DNA from: a virus
Lineage: Duplodnaviria; Caudoviricetes
Direction: 5' to 3' (one strand)
Virus record (IMG/VR): IMGVR_UViG_3300042453_005489
Location: 1-31,581 of that record
DNA: 31,581 nt
Shown here piece by piece: positions 19,066 through 25,935 of this stretch. A model generated the notes under the pieces. It was not told the origin of the DNA. It made no database searches and saw only the letters and a list, made by a program, of their open reading frames with translations. Within the stretch, counting starts at the first letter, position 1. The number at the start of each line of letters is the position of its first letter. Both the position numbers and the translations under genes were made by a program.

Positions 19066-19210
19066 CTGCTACGCGCTTCTTCAATTCAACGATACGGAGA
19101 ATCAGCTGTTCTCTCTTCGCCGCTTCTTCTCTGGTTTCGTACGGGCCGCCAAGCTTGCGCGAACCGTCTTTAGAAAGAAGATAGAAACCCTCTTGTCTTT
19201 TCACGATCAC
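19043..19210 (-). CDS. Small protein missing from the ORF track (55 aa, MIVKRQEGFYLLSKDGSRKLGGPYETREEAAKREQLI...)
   Basis: GTG at 19210 with AAGGG RBS and TAA at 19045-19043. It fills the gap between the HTH and ParB genes. Confidence 0.7.
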   Translation of the reverse strand: MIVKRQEGFYLLSKDGSRKLGGPYETREEAAKREQLILRIVELKKRVADAKRSDS

Positions 19211-19397
19211 GGCGGCCGCCCTTATCTCGAAATGGCAAAATACCTTGTTGATAAAACTCGCAATAGCTTTGCGGTATTTCGTAGCCTCGCGCCGTCTTCT
19301 CTACGGCGGGCAACGCGCCGATCGCAAGCCAATGTTGCACTGTACGCGCAGACTTGCCTATTGCAGCCGCGAATTGTTTCACCGTGTAGGTTTCCAT
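19170..19397 (-). CDS. MerR/excisionase-type helix-turn-helix protein
   Basis: YTVKQFAAAIGKSARTVQHWLAIGALPA...YEIP. Confidence 0.8.
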   Translation of the reverse strand: METYTVKQFAAAIGKSARTVQHWLAIGALPAVEKTARGYEIPQSYCEFYQQGILPFRDKGGRRDREKTRGFLSSF

Positions 19398-19430
19398 GCC
19401 AAAGACCAAAATAGTCGATTATAGGCTAAG

Positions 19431-19459
19431 AGTGTGTATTGATTGCGCGGCGTTGTCAA
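19431..19459 (-). promoter_or_regulatory. Candidate sigma70-type promoter for the packaging/virion operon
   Basis: TTGACA (19459-19454), 17 bp spacer, CACACT. A separate TATAAT lies at 19423-19418. Confidence 0.45.
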
Positions 19460-19466
19460 GAGCAAG

Positions 19467-19520
19467 TTATCAACAGGCTGTTGATAAGTATGAGAGAAGT
19501 TATTAACAGGCTGTTGATAA
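19467..19520. repeat. Two tandem 21-bp palindromes TTATYAACAG-G-CTGTTGATAA (DnaA-box-like half-sites)
   Basis: Copies at 19467-19487 and 19500-19520, 33-bp period, 20/21 identical. Confidence 0.9.
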
Positions 19521-19577
19521 CTTGTAGATTGGCGAGATTAAAAAGCATAATCAGATATTTGTGTTTTTCGCTCTTGC

Positions 19578-19769
19578 TTATTTTATTTGAAGAACGTCTT
19601 TCTCTAGCGCCAAAATTCTTTTCTCCTGAGAGGCAACTATGCTTTCAAGCTCTTGTATTATTCGCAAAAGATGATCTTCGCGGCTTTGCGTAATGTAGTT
19701 GTCAAAGCCGAATGGAAGCGCTGGTTTATTCTTGGGCCGGCGGCTAGTTGTTGTTGTCTTGTTGTTCAT
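19578..19769 (-). CDS. Small coiled-coil hypothetical protein
   Basis: ATG at 19769 after AAAGG. Heptad-like C-terminus. The start is uncertain. Confidence 0.5.
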   Translation of the reverse strand: MNNKTTTTSRRPKNKPALPFGFDNYITQSREDHLLRIIQELESIVASQEKRILALEKDVLQIK

Positions 19770-19790
19770 GATCTTGTTTGCCTTTCGCAT

Positions 19791-19834
19791 AAAAAAGGCG
19801 GCGCGAGTAGCAAGGAGAAGACTACCCGCGCCGC
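19791..19834 (-). terminator. Rho-independent terminator
   Basis: GCGGCGCGGGTAG-loop-CTACTCGCGCCGC followed by CTTTTTT on the minus strand. Confidence 0.8.
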
Positions 19835-19895
19835 GCAATGCTTCGGAGAAAGCTCTTGCAGAATATATCAAACAGAGAAGATGTCAACGGAGAAG

Positions 19896-20165
19896 CTAGC
19901 AGCCTTCGCTAGATATGAACTTCTTGACGCTGCAATCACTGCATTTGCAACCGAGAATAGGGACATAGTGAGGCTTGCTAGCGTCTCTCTCCGCAATGAC
20001 TTGCCTAAGATACATGCAGAGATCAAGCGCTTCCTCGTAAGCATCAATCAGCGCGTCTCGCCCGTTGAAAGCAGTTAGCTTGCAGCCGTACGTTGCAACG
20101 CCCTTGTCTTCTCTCTTTTGCAGATCTTCGCGTATCATTTCCAAAATAGTTTTGTCACAAGTCAT
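19896..20165 (-). CDS. MazG-like / all-alpha NTP pyrophosphohydrolase-fold small protein
   Basis: R..KG..TYG..L...NGRDALIDAYEEALDLCMY motif, with a C-terminal CxCxxC. Confidence 0.65.
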   Translation of the reverse strand: MTCDKTILEMIREDLQKREDKGVATYGCKLTAFNGRDALIDAYEEALDLCMYLRQVIAERDASKPHYVPILGCKCSDCSVKKFISSEGC

Positions 20166-20571
20166 CTAAAAACTTCCATTGGGCTAGCGCGTACCGATAT
20201 CTGTTGAAGCCATCGTTGACAAGTTCCTCATACTCTCGCTTGCCGTTGTCTTCTGCCGCCTCAAATTTCTTTGCTAGTTGCGCGTAGGTTATAGAGAGTT
20301 GACGTTCAGCTTGCCCGCGTTCAAGCCAAAGATAGCGTAGCGCAACGGCGGCTTCTCTTTGCAAAGCATTCCCGCGTTCAAGTCTTCGTAGCCTGCTTTC
20401 CGCGTTGATAGCCCGCGTCAAGAGCTCTGCGCGGTTGTCAACATACTCAGGTCTATTTGAGATTGGCGCGCTGCTTCTAGGCTCGTTGTTAGGTATACCA
20501 ACAGAGCGCCCGTGCAGATAACCAAAAAACAGATTTATCAACTCGAGATCTTCAACGGGAATCGCTTTCAT
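20155..20571 (-). CDS. Hypothetical helical protein (possible transcription regulator)
   Basis: 138 aa, coupled to its neighbours. The function is a guess. Confidence 0.55.
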   Translation of the reverse strand: MKAIPVEDLELINLFFGYLHGRSVGIPNNEPRSSAPISNRPEYVDNRAELLTRAINAESRLRRLERGNALQREAAVALRYLWLERGQAERQLSITYAQLAKKFEAAEDNGKREYEELVNDGFNRYRYALAQWKFLDDL

Positions 20572-20657
20572 AGCAAGGCTTTGCCAAGAATGAAGAGAGC
20601 AACGACTAACAAGTTCAGCAAACCAAAGAAGACTGATTGATCAATGCTATCAAACAA
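20568..20657 (-). CDS. Putative 29-aa single-pass membrane peptide (MFDSIDQSVFFGLLNLLVVALFILGKALL)
   Basis: TTG start. It fills the gap exactly, and its stop overlaps the next start (ATGA). Confidence 0.5.
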   Translation of the reverse strand: MFDSIDQSVFFGLLNLLVVALFILGKALL

Positions 20658-20955
20658 GCGGCGTAGCCTGTTCTTTTTGCGGTTCTGGCGCGCTTGTTTC
20701 AGGGCTAGGGGTAAGGGTTTCATTTCGGTATGCCTCTCCTAGGAGGGTAGCTGCAAGAGATTGTAGCATTGCCCCGGCGTTTGCTGCAATACGCGCCGCA
20801 CCTAGCAAGTCAAGATCACTGTCATCTGTACCGCGTCCAATGGCTGCAATCTCTATACGGCGGGCGTAGTGCACAACGTCTCTTGCGCTTGCAGAGATAG
20901 CCGCTCCTAGCTGCAAGAGACTATTGGGGTTGTTGGGTTGTCTCATCTGTATCAT
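20650..20955 (-). CDS. Hypothetical protein
   Basis: ORF in a tightly packed minus-strand operon. Confidence 0.6.
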   Translation of the reverse strand: MIQMRQPNNPNSLLQLGAAISASARDVVHYARRIEIAAIGRGTDDSDLDLLGAARIAANAGAMLQSLAATLLGEAYRNETLTPSPETSAPEPQKEQATPLV

Positions 20956-21133
20956 CTCTCGTTAGGCGGCAAGCGTCACAAACACACTCCGCGTCAAACA
21001 TGGTAACCAACTCGCTAGCGCACTCGTTGCAAGAAAGATGAACGTATTCTACACGCTGAACAACGAAGCGCATAGGGCGCAAGCTTTGCCCGTTTACGCC
21101 GTGTTTACAATTGCTGTATATCACTTGCAGCAT
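20921..21133 (-). CDS. Small Cys-rich hypothetical protein (start MLQVIYSNC)
   Basis: NCKH...CNEC...CDAC. Purine-rich RBS upstream. Confidence 0.55.
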   Translation of the reverse strand: MLQVIYSNCKHGVNGQSLRPMRFVVQRVEYVHLSCNECASELVTMFDAECVCDACRLTRDDTDETTQQPQ

Positions 21134-21293
21134 CGCTCTCTTTTCTCGCGCAAAAACGCGCCTTGCATTCGTTACAGCAAACAACGCGATACGCGCGCCC
21201 GTCAAACACACAGTGTACTATTGATAGCACAAAGCGGGGCAAATCTCTTGCGTGTTGACAGTTGATAAATCGCTCGTACGGATCGCTACTCAT
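21105..21293 (-). CDS. Small Cys-rich hypothetical protein (start MSSDPY)
   Basis: NCQH...CCNEC. The start overlaps the end of the MazG gene. Confidence 0.55.
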   Translation of the reverse strand: MSSDPYERFINCQHARDLPRFVLSIVHCVFDGRAYRVVCCNECKARFCARKESDAASDIQQL

Positions 21294-21579
21294 TGGCGGC
21301 GCTCTCTTCGATATGCTTTGCAGATAGCAAGCGGGCCGCGTCTCTTGCCGCTCTGTGCTGCATGTCGCCTTCCGTAGCAAGGCGCATTGCAACGCAAGCA
21401 ACTTGCACTAGTTCTTCTAGCAAGTTCTCAACATCTTCTTCTTGTAGCGCCCTTGCTACCTCACCGATCTCTTCAACCAACGCGGTGAAAAGATTGAAAT
21501 TCATCGGATGCTTATTTCTCGCGCGCTGAACTTCGCGCTGCAAGAGAGTATGAAAATATTTGTCGTTTGCGAATTCCAT
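21286..21579 (-). CDS. MazG-like nucleotide pyrophosphohydrolase
   Basis: LVEEIGEVARAL...LLEELVQVACVA (EExxE...EExxQ pattern). Confidence 0.8.
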   Translation of the reverse strand: MEFANDKYFHTLLQREVQRARNKHPMNFNLFTALVEEIGEVARALQEEDVENLLEELVQVACVAMRLATEGDMQHRAARDAARLLSAKHIEESAANE

Positions 21580-21590
21580 GTTCTCTTCTC

Positions 21591-22832
21591 TCAAAAGAGT
21601 TTGAGCTGTTCTCTCTTCACTGGTTTCGGCTGTTCTTCTTCGCGCGGTTCTTCTGCATGCGTCTCAACAGGCAAGTCAAGCCGTCGTTTGATTATATCAA
21701 CATGTTCTTGCTGCAACTCGCAACCAATAGCAGAGAAGCCTTCTAAGCGAGCTGCAACGAGCGTTGTACCTGAACCCGCGAAAGGGTCAAGAACTACACC
21801 GCTAGGCGGCGTTACAAGCCTGCATAAATAGCGCATCAAAGAGATCGGCTTGACGGTAGGATGTCTGTTGTCACCGCGTTCCGAAGGTGAGGTCTTGGCG
21901 CAGTAGAAGAAGCGGGCGGCGGATCCTTGATCTCCAAAACCGGGATCGCGCTTCTCGGTCAAACGAAAACCGCCTCCAAACTCTCCATAGCCTTTTGCTA
22001 TGCTAGCTTGCCCACCCGTGCTTTTGCTTTCTGGAAACAACTCAACCACCTCTTGCGACCCATCGTGAATGAGGTTGGCGGGCCAGCGGCCGCTATCACG
22101 CACGACGGGGATATGCGTGGAGAACTGAACGAACGACCCTCCATTAGTGCGGGCAAACCGATTAGGATTACCGTCGAGCTTGCCCTCAATCCGGCAAGCA
22201 TCTACATTAATTGCGCCCGTACCATGGGCTAGCACGTTCTCTGCAATGGTACCTTCGAGAGGCTTGCGCGCTACGACGATAGGCTCTACCGCCGGCTTAA
22301 GCGCTGACCCCCACCCTTGCCATTGGCGAGCGGCTTCTGTTGCGGGAGCGGTGATTGTGCCGATCTGATCTGGGTTGCTGAATGAGCCATCAATAACTGA
22401 TTTGTCGGCCCATGAAACGCCTTTGCGTTGCTTGTTAGCACGCGCAGCAAAATCTTCTCTCACGCCAATCACTTCCCGCTCTGCGCCCGCCGCCTTGTCG
22501 ATGGCTTTGCTTACATCGTGCGATTTGGGAAAGCCGCTTCCATAAACCCACATGATACAATCTCTAATCTCAAAACCTGCATCTTCAATAGCGCATGCCA
22601 TACGATGATAGGTTCTTGTACCGCCGAAAGAAAGCAGATGTCCGCCCGGTTTGAGCACTCGCAAGCATTCGCGCCAAACTGAGAGATCGTAGGCTATACC
22701 TGAGGAATCCCAACGCTTGCCCATAAATCCGAGTTCATACGGCGGATCTGTAACGATACTATCAATTGATTCGTCTGGTATTGTTTTGAGTAGTTCTCTG
22801 CAATCACCTTGCAGAATATTAATGTAAGACAT
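21591..22832 (-). CDS. DNA amino-methyltransferase (N4C/N6A, beta class), start MSYINILQGDC
   Basis: DSIVTDPPY catalytic motif, WVYGSGFPKS, HPTVKP and VLDPFAGSGTT SAM motif. GGAG RBS. Confidence 0.95.
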   Translation of the reverse strand: MSYINILQGDCRELLKTIPDESIDSIVTDPPYELGFMGKRWDSSGIAYDLSVWRECLRVLKPGGHLLSFGGTRTYHRMACAIEDAGFEIRDCIMWVYGSGFPKSHDVSKAIDKAAGAEREVIGVREDFAARANKQRKGVSWADKSVIDGSFSNPDQIGTITAPATEAARQWQGWGSALKPAVEPIVVARKPLEGTIAENVLAHGTGAINVDACRIEGKLDGNPNRFARTNGGSFVQFSTHIPVVRDSGRWPANLIHDGSQEVVELFPESKSTGGQASIAKGYGEFGGGFRLTEKRDPGFGDQGSAARFFYCAKTSPSERGDNRHPTVKPISLMRYLCRLVTPPSGVVLDPFAGSGTTLVAARLEGFSAIGCELQQEHVDIIKRRLDLPVETHAEEPREEEQPKPVKREQLKLF

Positions 22833-22901
22833 TAAGTTTCTCCGATAACTTGTTGTCTTTTTTGAATATCTACACAAGTTTGTGTGTGTTTTTGGTACAG
22901 T

Positions 22902-23096
22902 TTATTCTTCGTCTGCAAGCTGCTTTCGGTAGATAAAAGAGATTGCAGAATCGCTGACTACCATATGATTGTTAGGATTGCATCCTTCGGGCATGCAAGG
23001 CTTTCGCAAGATGTCTTTGATTTCGTTGTTATCATCGCAGGTAGCAAAGAGTTGGTAGTAATCACCGCGACAAACAATAACTTTTGCTTTGATCAT
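22902..23096 (-). CDS. Hypothetical protein (start MIKAKV)
   Basis: AAGG RBS before the ATG at 23096, 64 aa. Confidence 0.55.
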   Translation of the reverse strand: MIKAKVIVCRGDYYQLFATCDDNNEIKDILRKPCMPEGCNPNNHMVVSDSAISFIYRKQLADEE

Positions 23097-23146
23097 GATA
23101 GGAACCTTGTTTATATTTGCTTGCCTTGTCTTGCAGAACAACAAGG

Positions 23147-23182
23147 CAAAAGCCGCGTTGTAATAGTGCAACGCGGCTTTTG
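23147..23182. terminator. Terminator-like hairpin (potentially bidirectional)
   Basis: CAAAAGCCGCGTTG-N8-CAACGCGGCTTTTG, a perfect 14-bp stem just after the 23198 stop. Confidence 0.8.
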
Positions 23183-23197
23183 TTGTATGTATATATC

Positions 23198-23620
23198 TTA
23201 TTCTTCGCTTTGCTGTTCAGCGAGCTGTCCGCGCTTTCGCAGTTCACTTACGGCCCATGTTCTACCGCTGTCACCGCCCCACAACAGCCATGCTTGCAAG
23301 CCTTTGCTGGGGTAGCCTTCTTCGCCTTGCTTCCAGCCGCTAGCCTGTTTGTCGACTTCATGTCTATCAAAATAGGCTTTCATTCTTTTGAGAGTATCAA
23401 CGGAGATCGGTCTTCCATTGGCAAGATCACGAGCTCTTGCTAGCCCAACCTCAGTACCACCTCTACTGCTAGGAGAGACTGACTCTCTAAGCGCTAGCCC
23501 GCGCTTTGCTTCTTCCTGTACTGTCTTTGGCGGGGTTGCGCTTTCGTTTGAGATTGCGAAGAGATCGCAAGCTGCAACGTCGAGATCGGCTATGAGGTCA
23601 AACAGGCTTTTATGCTTCAA
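23198..23620 (-). CDS. Conserved phage domain protein (GGTxVGxARAxxL...RMxxYFxRH...AWxLWGG)
   Basis: TTG start with GAGG RBS. The motif set is one I recall from phage head-associated proteins. Confidence 0.75.
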   Translation of the reverse strand: MKHKSLFDLIADLDVAACDLFAISNESATPPKTVQEEAKRGLALRESVSPSSRGGTEVGLARARDLANGRPISVDTLKRMKAYFDRHEVDKQASGWKQGEEGYPSKGLQAWLLWGGDSGRTWAVSELRKRGQLAEQQSEE

Positions 23621-23693
23621 GATGATACCTCGTAAACAGAAGATACACTTCTCACCAAAACCGCGCCAAGACTAGCTTTGCAGCGGCTTGCAA

Positions 23694-23820
23694 GTCTCAT
23701 CTTGCTGTGTAGCTTGTTTGCTGTTTTGTAGCGCCGTAGTTGCTCGGTAGTGTGTACAAAGCAAGCGTAGCGCGGTAGCGCGTAGCGTAGCGCGCAGATC
23801 GTCTCAGCTTGCTATGTAGC
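23694..23820. repeat. 20-bp direct repeats flanking a GTAGC(GC) mini-array
   Basis: GTCTCATCTTGCTGTGTAGC (23694-23713) and GTCTCAGCTTGCTATGTAGC (23801-23820). Four GTAGC units in 23765-23795. Confidence 0.7.
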
Positions 23821-24325
23821 CCGTTCGTACAATGCAACGGCTTGATGCTGAGGAGAGATCACTGGCCTTGCGCTAGTTCTTCAGAACCTCTCGTTTGGTT
23901 GACAATCTCTCAGGTAGATAGATTCGTAAGTCATCTGCAAGGCGCGTAGCTTACAGCCGCACGGAGAGAAGAGAACAGCGGTAGATCTGTGCTTAGTGAG
24001 TTAGCTCTTACCGTAAGTTCGAGACGACTTGTTAAAGAGAACTTTTTTCAAAAATGCTTGTCAAGAACTATTTTTATATATTGAATATTGCTAGCCTTTT
24101 TCGGGGTGTCAAAATTGATACCTTTCGAGAGTGCAGATCCCCTTCTTTGGCGCATTGCTTGTTGTTTGAGCCAAGAAGAATTGAATATATTTCAGATGGT
24201 TATGCAGAGAAGTTCAAGTGCTACTTTATGTTTTTTGGCGCAACATTTCGAAATAGAGCGCTGTTTGAGCCAACTGCTAGAGAGTGTGCAGAACTTGCAC
24301 ACTTTGAGAATCTTTTTGCGATTGC

Positions 24326-24354
24326 TTGACAAGGTATTTTGACGCGCAGAGAAT
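24326..24354 (+). promoter_or_regulatory. Sigma70-type promoter for the rightward arm
   Basis: TTGACA-17bp-GAGAAT, then ACGTTGC, a hairpin and AAGGAG. It resembles the repeated cassettes. Confidence 0.7.
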
Positions 24355-24393
24355 GACGTTGCGCCAATGGAGAAAGCGCGCAAAAGGAGAAAC

Positions 24394-25431
24394 ATGTGGA
24401 TATTGCCAAAGCAGTTACACACATTAGCCTGTGTACAGGGTACGGAGGCATTGATCTCGGACTTAGGCGAGCTGTCAGAGATCTGCGAACGATCGCTTAT
24501 AGTGAGATCAACGAGTTTGCCGCAGAAAACTTGGTTGCGAAGATTGAAAGCGGGCTACTTGACGTTGCGCCTATATGGACGGATCTTAAAACCTTCCCAT
24601 TCAAAAGCTTTCGAGGCAGAGTGGACATCTTGTCAGGAGGCTACCCTTGCCAACCATTTTCAAGCGCAGGATTGCAGCGCGGCGTTGAAGACGAAAGACA
24701 TCTTTGGCCGTACATTGCAGCCGGAATTGACGCTATGCAGCCCGCAATCTGCTTCTTCGAAAATGTCGAAGGACATATCAACATTGGCTTGCGAGATGTC
24801 ATCAACGGATTGGCAAGCCGAGGTTATCAAGCGGCGTGGGGAATATTCTCTGCGGCAGAGATCGGCGCGCCTCACCAAAGAAACCGAGTTTTCATCTTGG
24901 CCTACAATCTGCGCGCGAGACTACAAAAATACGTACGAAGACAACAGCTTGGTAGCGAACTCAGGGCACGATCGCCTGAGCATTTTGCCAAACTTCCCGA
25001 GATTGACAGAGCAAGAACAACGAGAATTGACGCTCAAAGAAGCCAAGAAAAAGCTGCTTCAGGAGGCCGCAGAATATCGAATCAAGAATGCAACGAGCAA
25101 AACAAACGTCAAAGCCTTGCAGAAGCGCTACTTAAACCAGCAACCGACAGCGCAATCTACGCTTTTCCCGCTCAACCAAACGAAAGACAACGAGAATACG
25201 AGCCGCCTAGAATCATATCCTACGCCAAGAGCTTTCGGGATAACAACAACCCTGACTCCGCAAACAGCGACGGCGAACTTCCCGAACCTCGAAACAGTGC
25301 TAGCGCAAGAAGAAGTAGAAGCTTTCGGCAAAAAGATAAATCCACGTTGGGTAGAGAATCTTATGGGCATTCCGATCGGTTGGGTAATGCCGAACTGTAC
25401 ACAACCGTTCAATCCTTCGAAGACGAAATGA
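24394..25431 (+). CDS. Alternative-frame partner of the C5 methyltransferase (putative beta subunit: TRD and motif IX), start MWILPK
   Basis: 345 codons open inside the MTase gene. It contains WPTICARDYK, YPTPRA and KINPRWVENLMGIPIGW. The ATG follows AAGGAG. Confidence 0.7.
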   Translation: MWILPKQLHTLACVQGTEALISDLGELSEICERSLIVRSTSLPQKTWLRRLKAGYLTLRLYGRILKPSHSKAFEAEWTSCQEATLANHFQAQDCSAALKTKDIFGRTLQPELTLCSPQSASSKMSKDISTLACEMSSTDWQAEVIKRRGEYSLRQRSARLTKETEFSSWPTICARDYKNTYEDNSLVANSGHDRLSILPNFPRLTEQEQRELTLKEAKKKLLQEAAEYRIKNATSKTNVKALQKRYLNQQPTAQSTLFPLNQTKDNENTSRLESYPTPRAFGITTTLTPQTATANFPNLETVLAQEEVEAFGKKINPRWVENLMGIPIGWVMPNCTQPFNPSKTK

Positions 25432-25514
25432 GGTTGTTAGGAAACGGCGTTGTACCGGCCGTTGCAGAACTTGCTTTTCGAACCCTGCTTCAAGAGATCT
25501 CGGATCGTCATTAA
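24396..25514 (+). CDS. DNA cytosine-5 methyltransferase (catalytic/alpha chain)
   Basis: Motif I SLCTGYGG, IV GGYPCQPFS, VI FFENVEG, VIII PHQRNRVFI and X LLGNGVVP. Confidence 0.95.
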   Translation: MDIAKAVTHISLCTGYGGIDLGLRRAVRDLRTIAYSEINEFAAENLVAKIESGLLDVAPIWTDLKTFPFKSFRGRVDILSGGYPCQPFSSAGLQRGVEDERHLWPYIAAGIDAMQPAICFFENVEGHINIGLRDVINGLASRGYQAAWGIFSAAEIGAPHQRNRVFILAYNLRARLQKYVRRQQLGSELRARSPEHFAKLPEIDRARTTRIDAQRSQEKAASGGRRISNQECNEQNKRQSLAEALLKPATDSAIYAFPAQPNERQREYEPPRIISYAKSFRDNNNPDSANSDGELPEPRNSASARRSRSFRQKDKSTLGRESYGHSDRLGNAELYTTVQSFEDEMRLLGNGVVPAVAELAFRTLLQEISDRH

Positions 25515-25524
25515 AAGGAGAACA

Positions 25525-25836
25525 ATGCAAGATATCTATGCCCGTCTAGCCGCTCTTGCCGCTAGCAAGTCAACCGACGAAGCACCGCGCCAATCACCAA
25601 ACAAGAACAGTTACAAGCCTTCTGCAAAGCGGCTAGAAGAAGCTAGCGCAGAAGAGATCGCCGCGTTTGAAGACTGGCGCGCAGAAGACGCTAGCTTCAA
25701 CCCATTCTTTGCGATTCATGAGACGATCAAAATGAAAAGAGCGAGGCGGGGCTTGCTACCTGAGACAAGCGAAGAAGCAGCGCAAGAGCGCCTTGCGATG
25801 TGGTTTGCATATCAACGACTGAACAAGGTACGATAA
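25525..25836 (+). CDS. Hypothetical protein (start MQDIYA)
   Basis: AAGGAG RBS before the ATG at 25525. Confidence 0.7.
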   Translation: MQDIYARLAALAASKSTDEAPRQSPNKNSYKPSAKRLEEASAEEIAAFEDWRAEDASFNPFFAIHETIKMKRARRGLLPETSEEAAQERLAMWFAYQRLNKVR

Positions 25837-25935
25837 GCAACAACGCCGACTTGCAGCGGCGCAAATCTGCAAGATGTCTATCTACCAAACACGGAGATCG
25901 GCGGCTCCTAGTACACCCGCCGAAGGGGTATCTAC

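Noticed and set aside
19467-19520. Possible mini-CRISPR array
   Set aside because: Only two units with a 12-bp gap, and no cas genes.
24054-24451. Several short ORFs on both strands
   Set aside because: No RBS or motifs, they conflict with each other, and they overlap promoter elements.
24394-25514. Sequencing frameshift or pseudogene as the explanation for the two MTase frames
   Set aside because: Both frames are open throughout, and frame A holds both the first and last motifs, so one indel cannot explain the layout.
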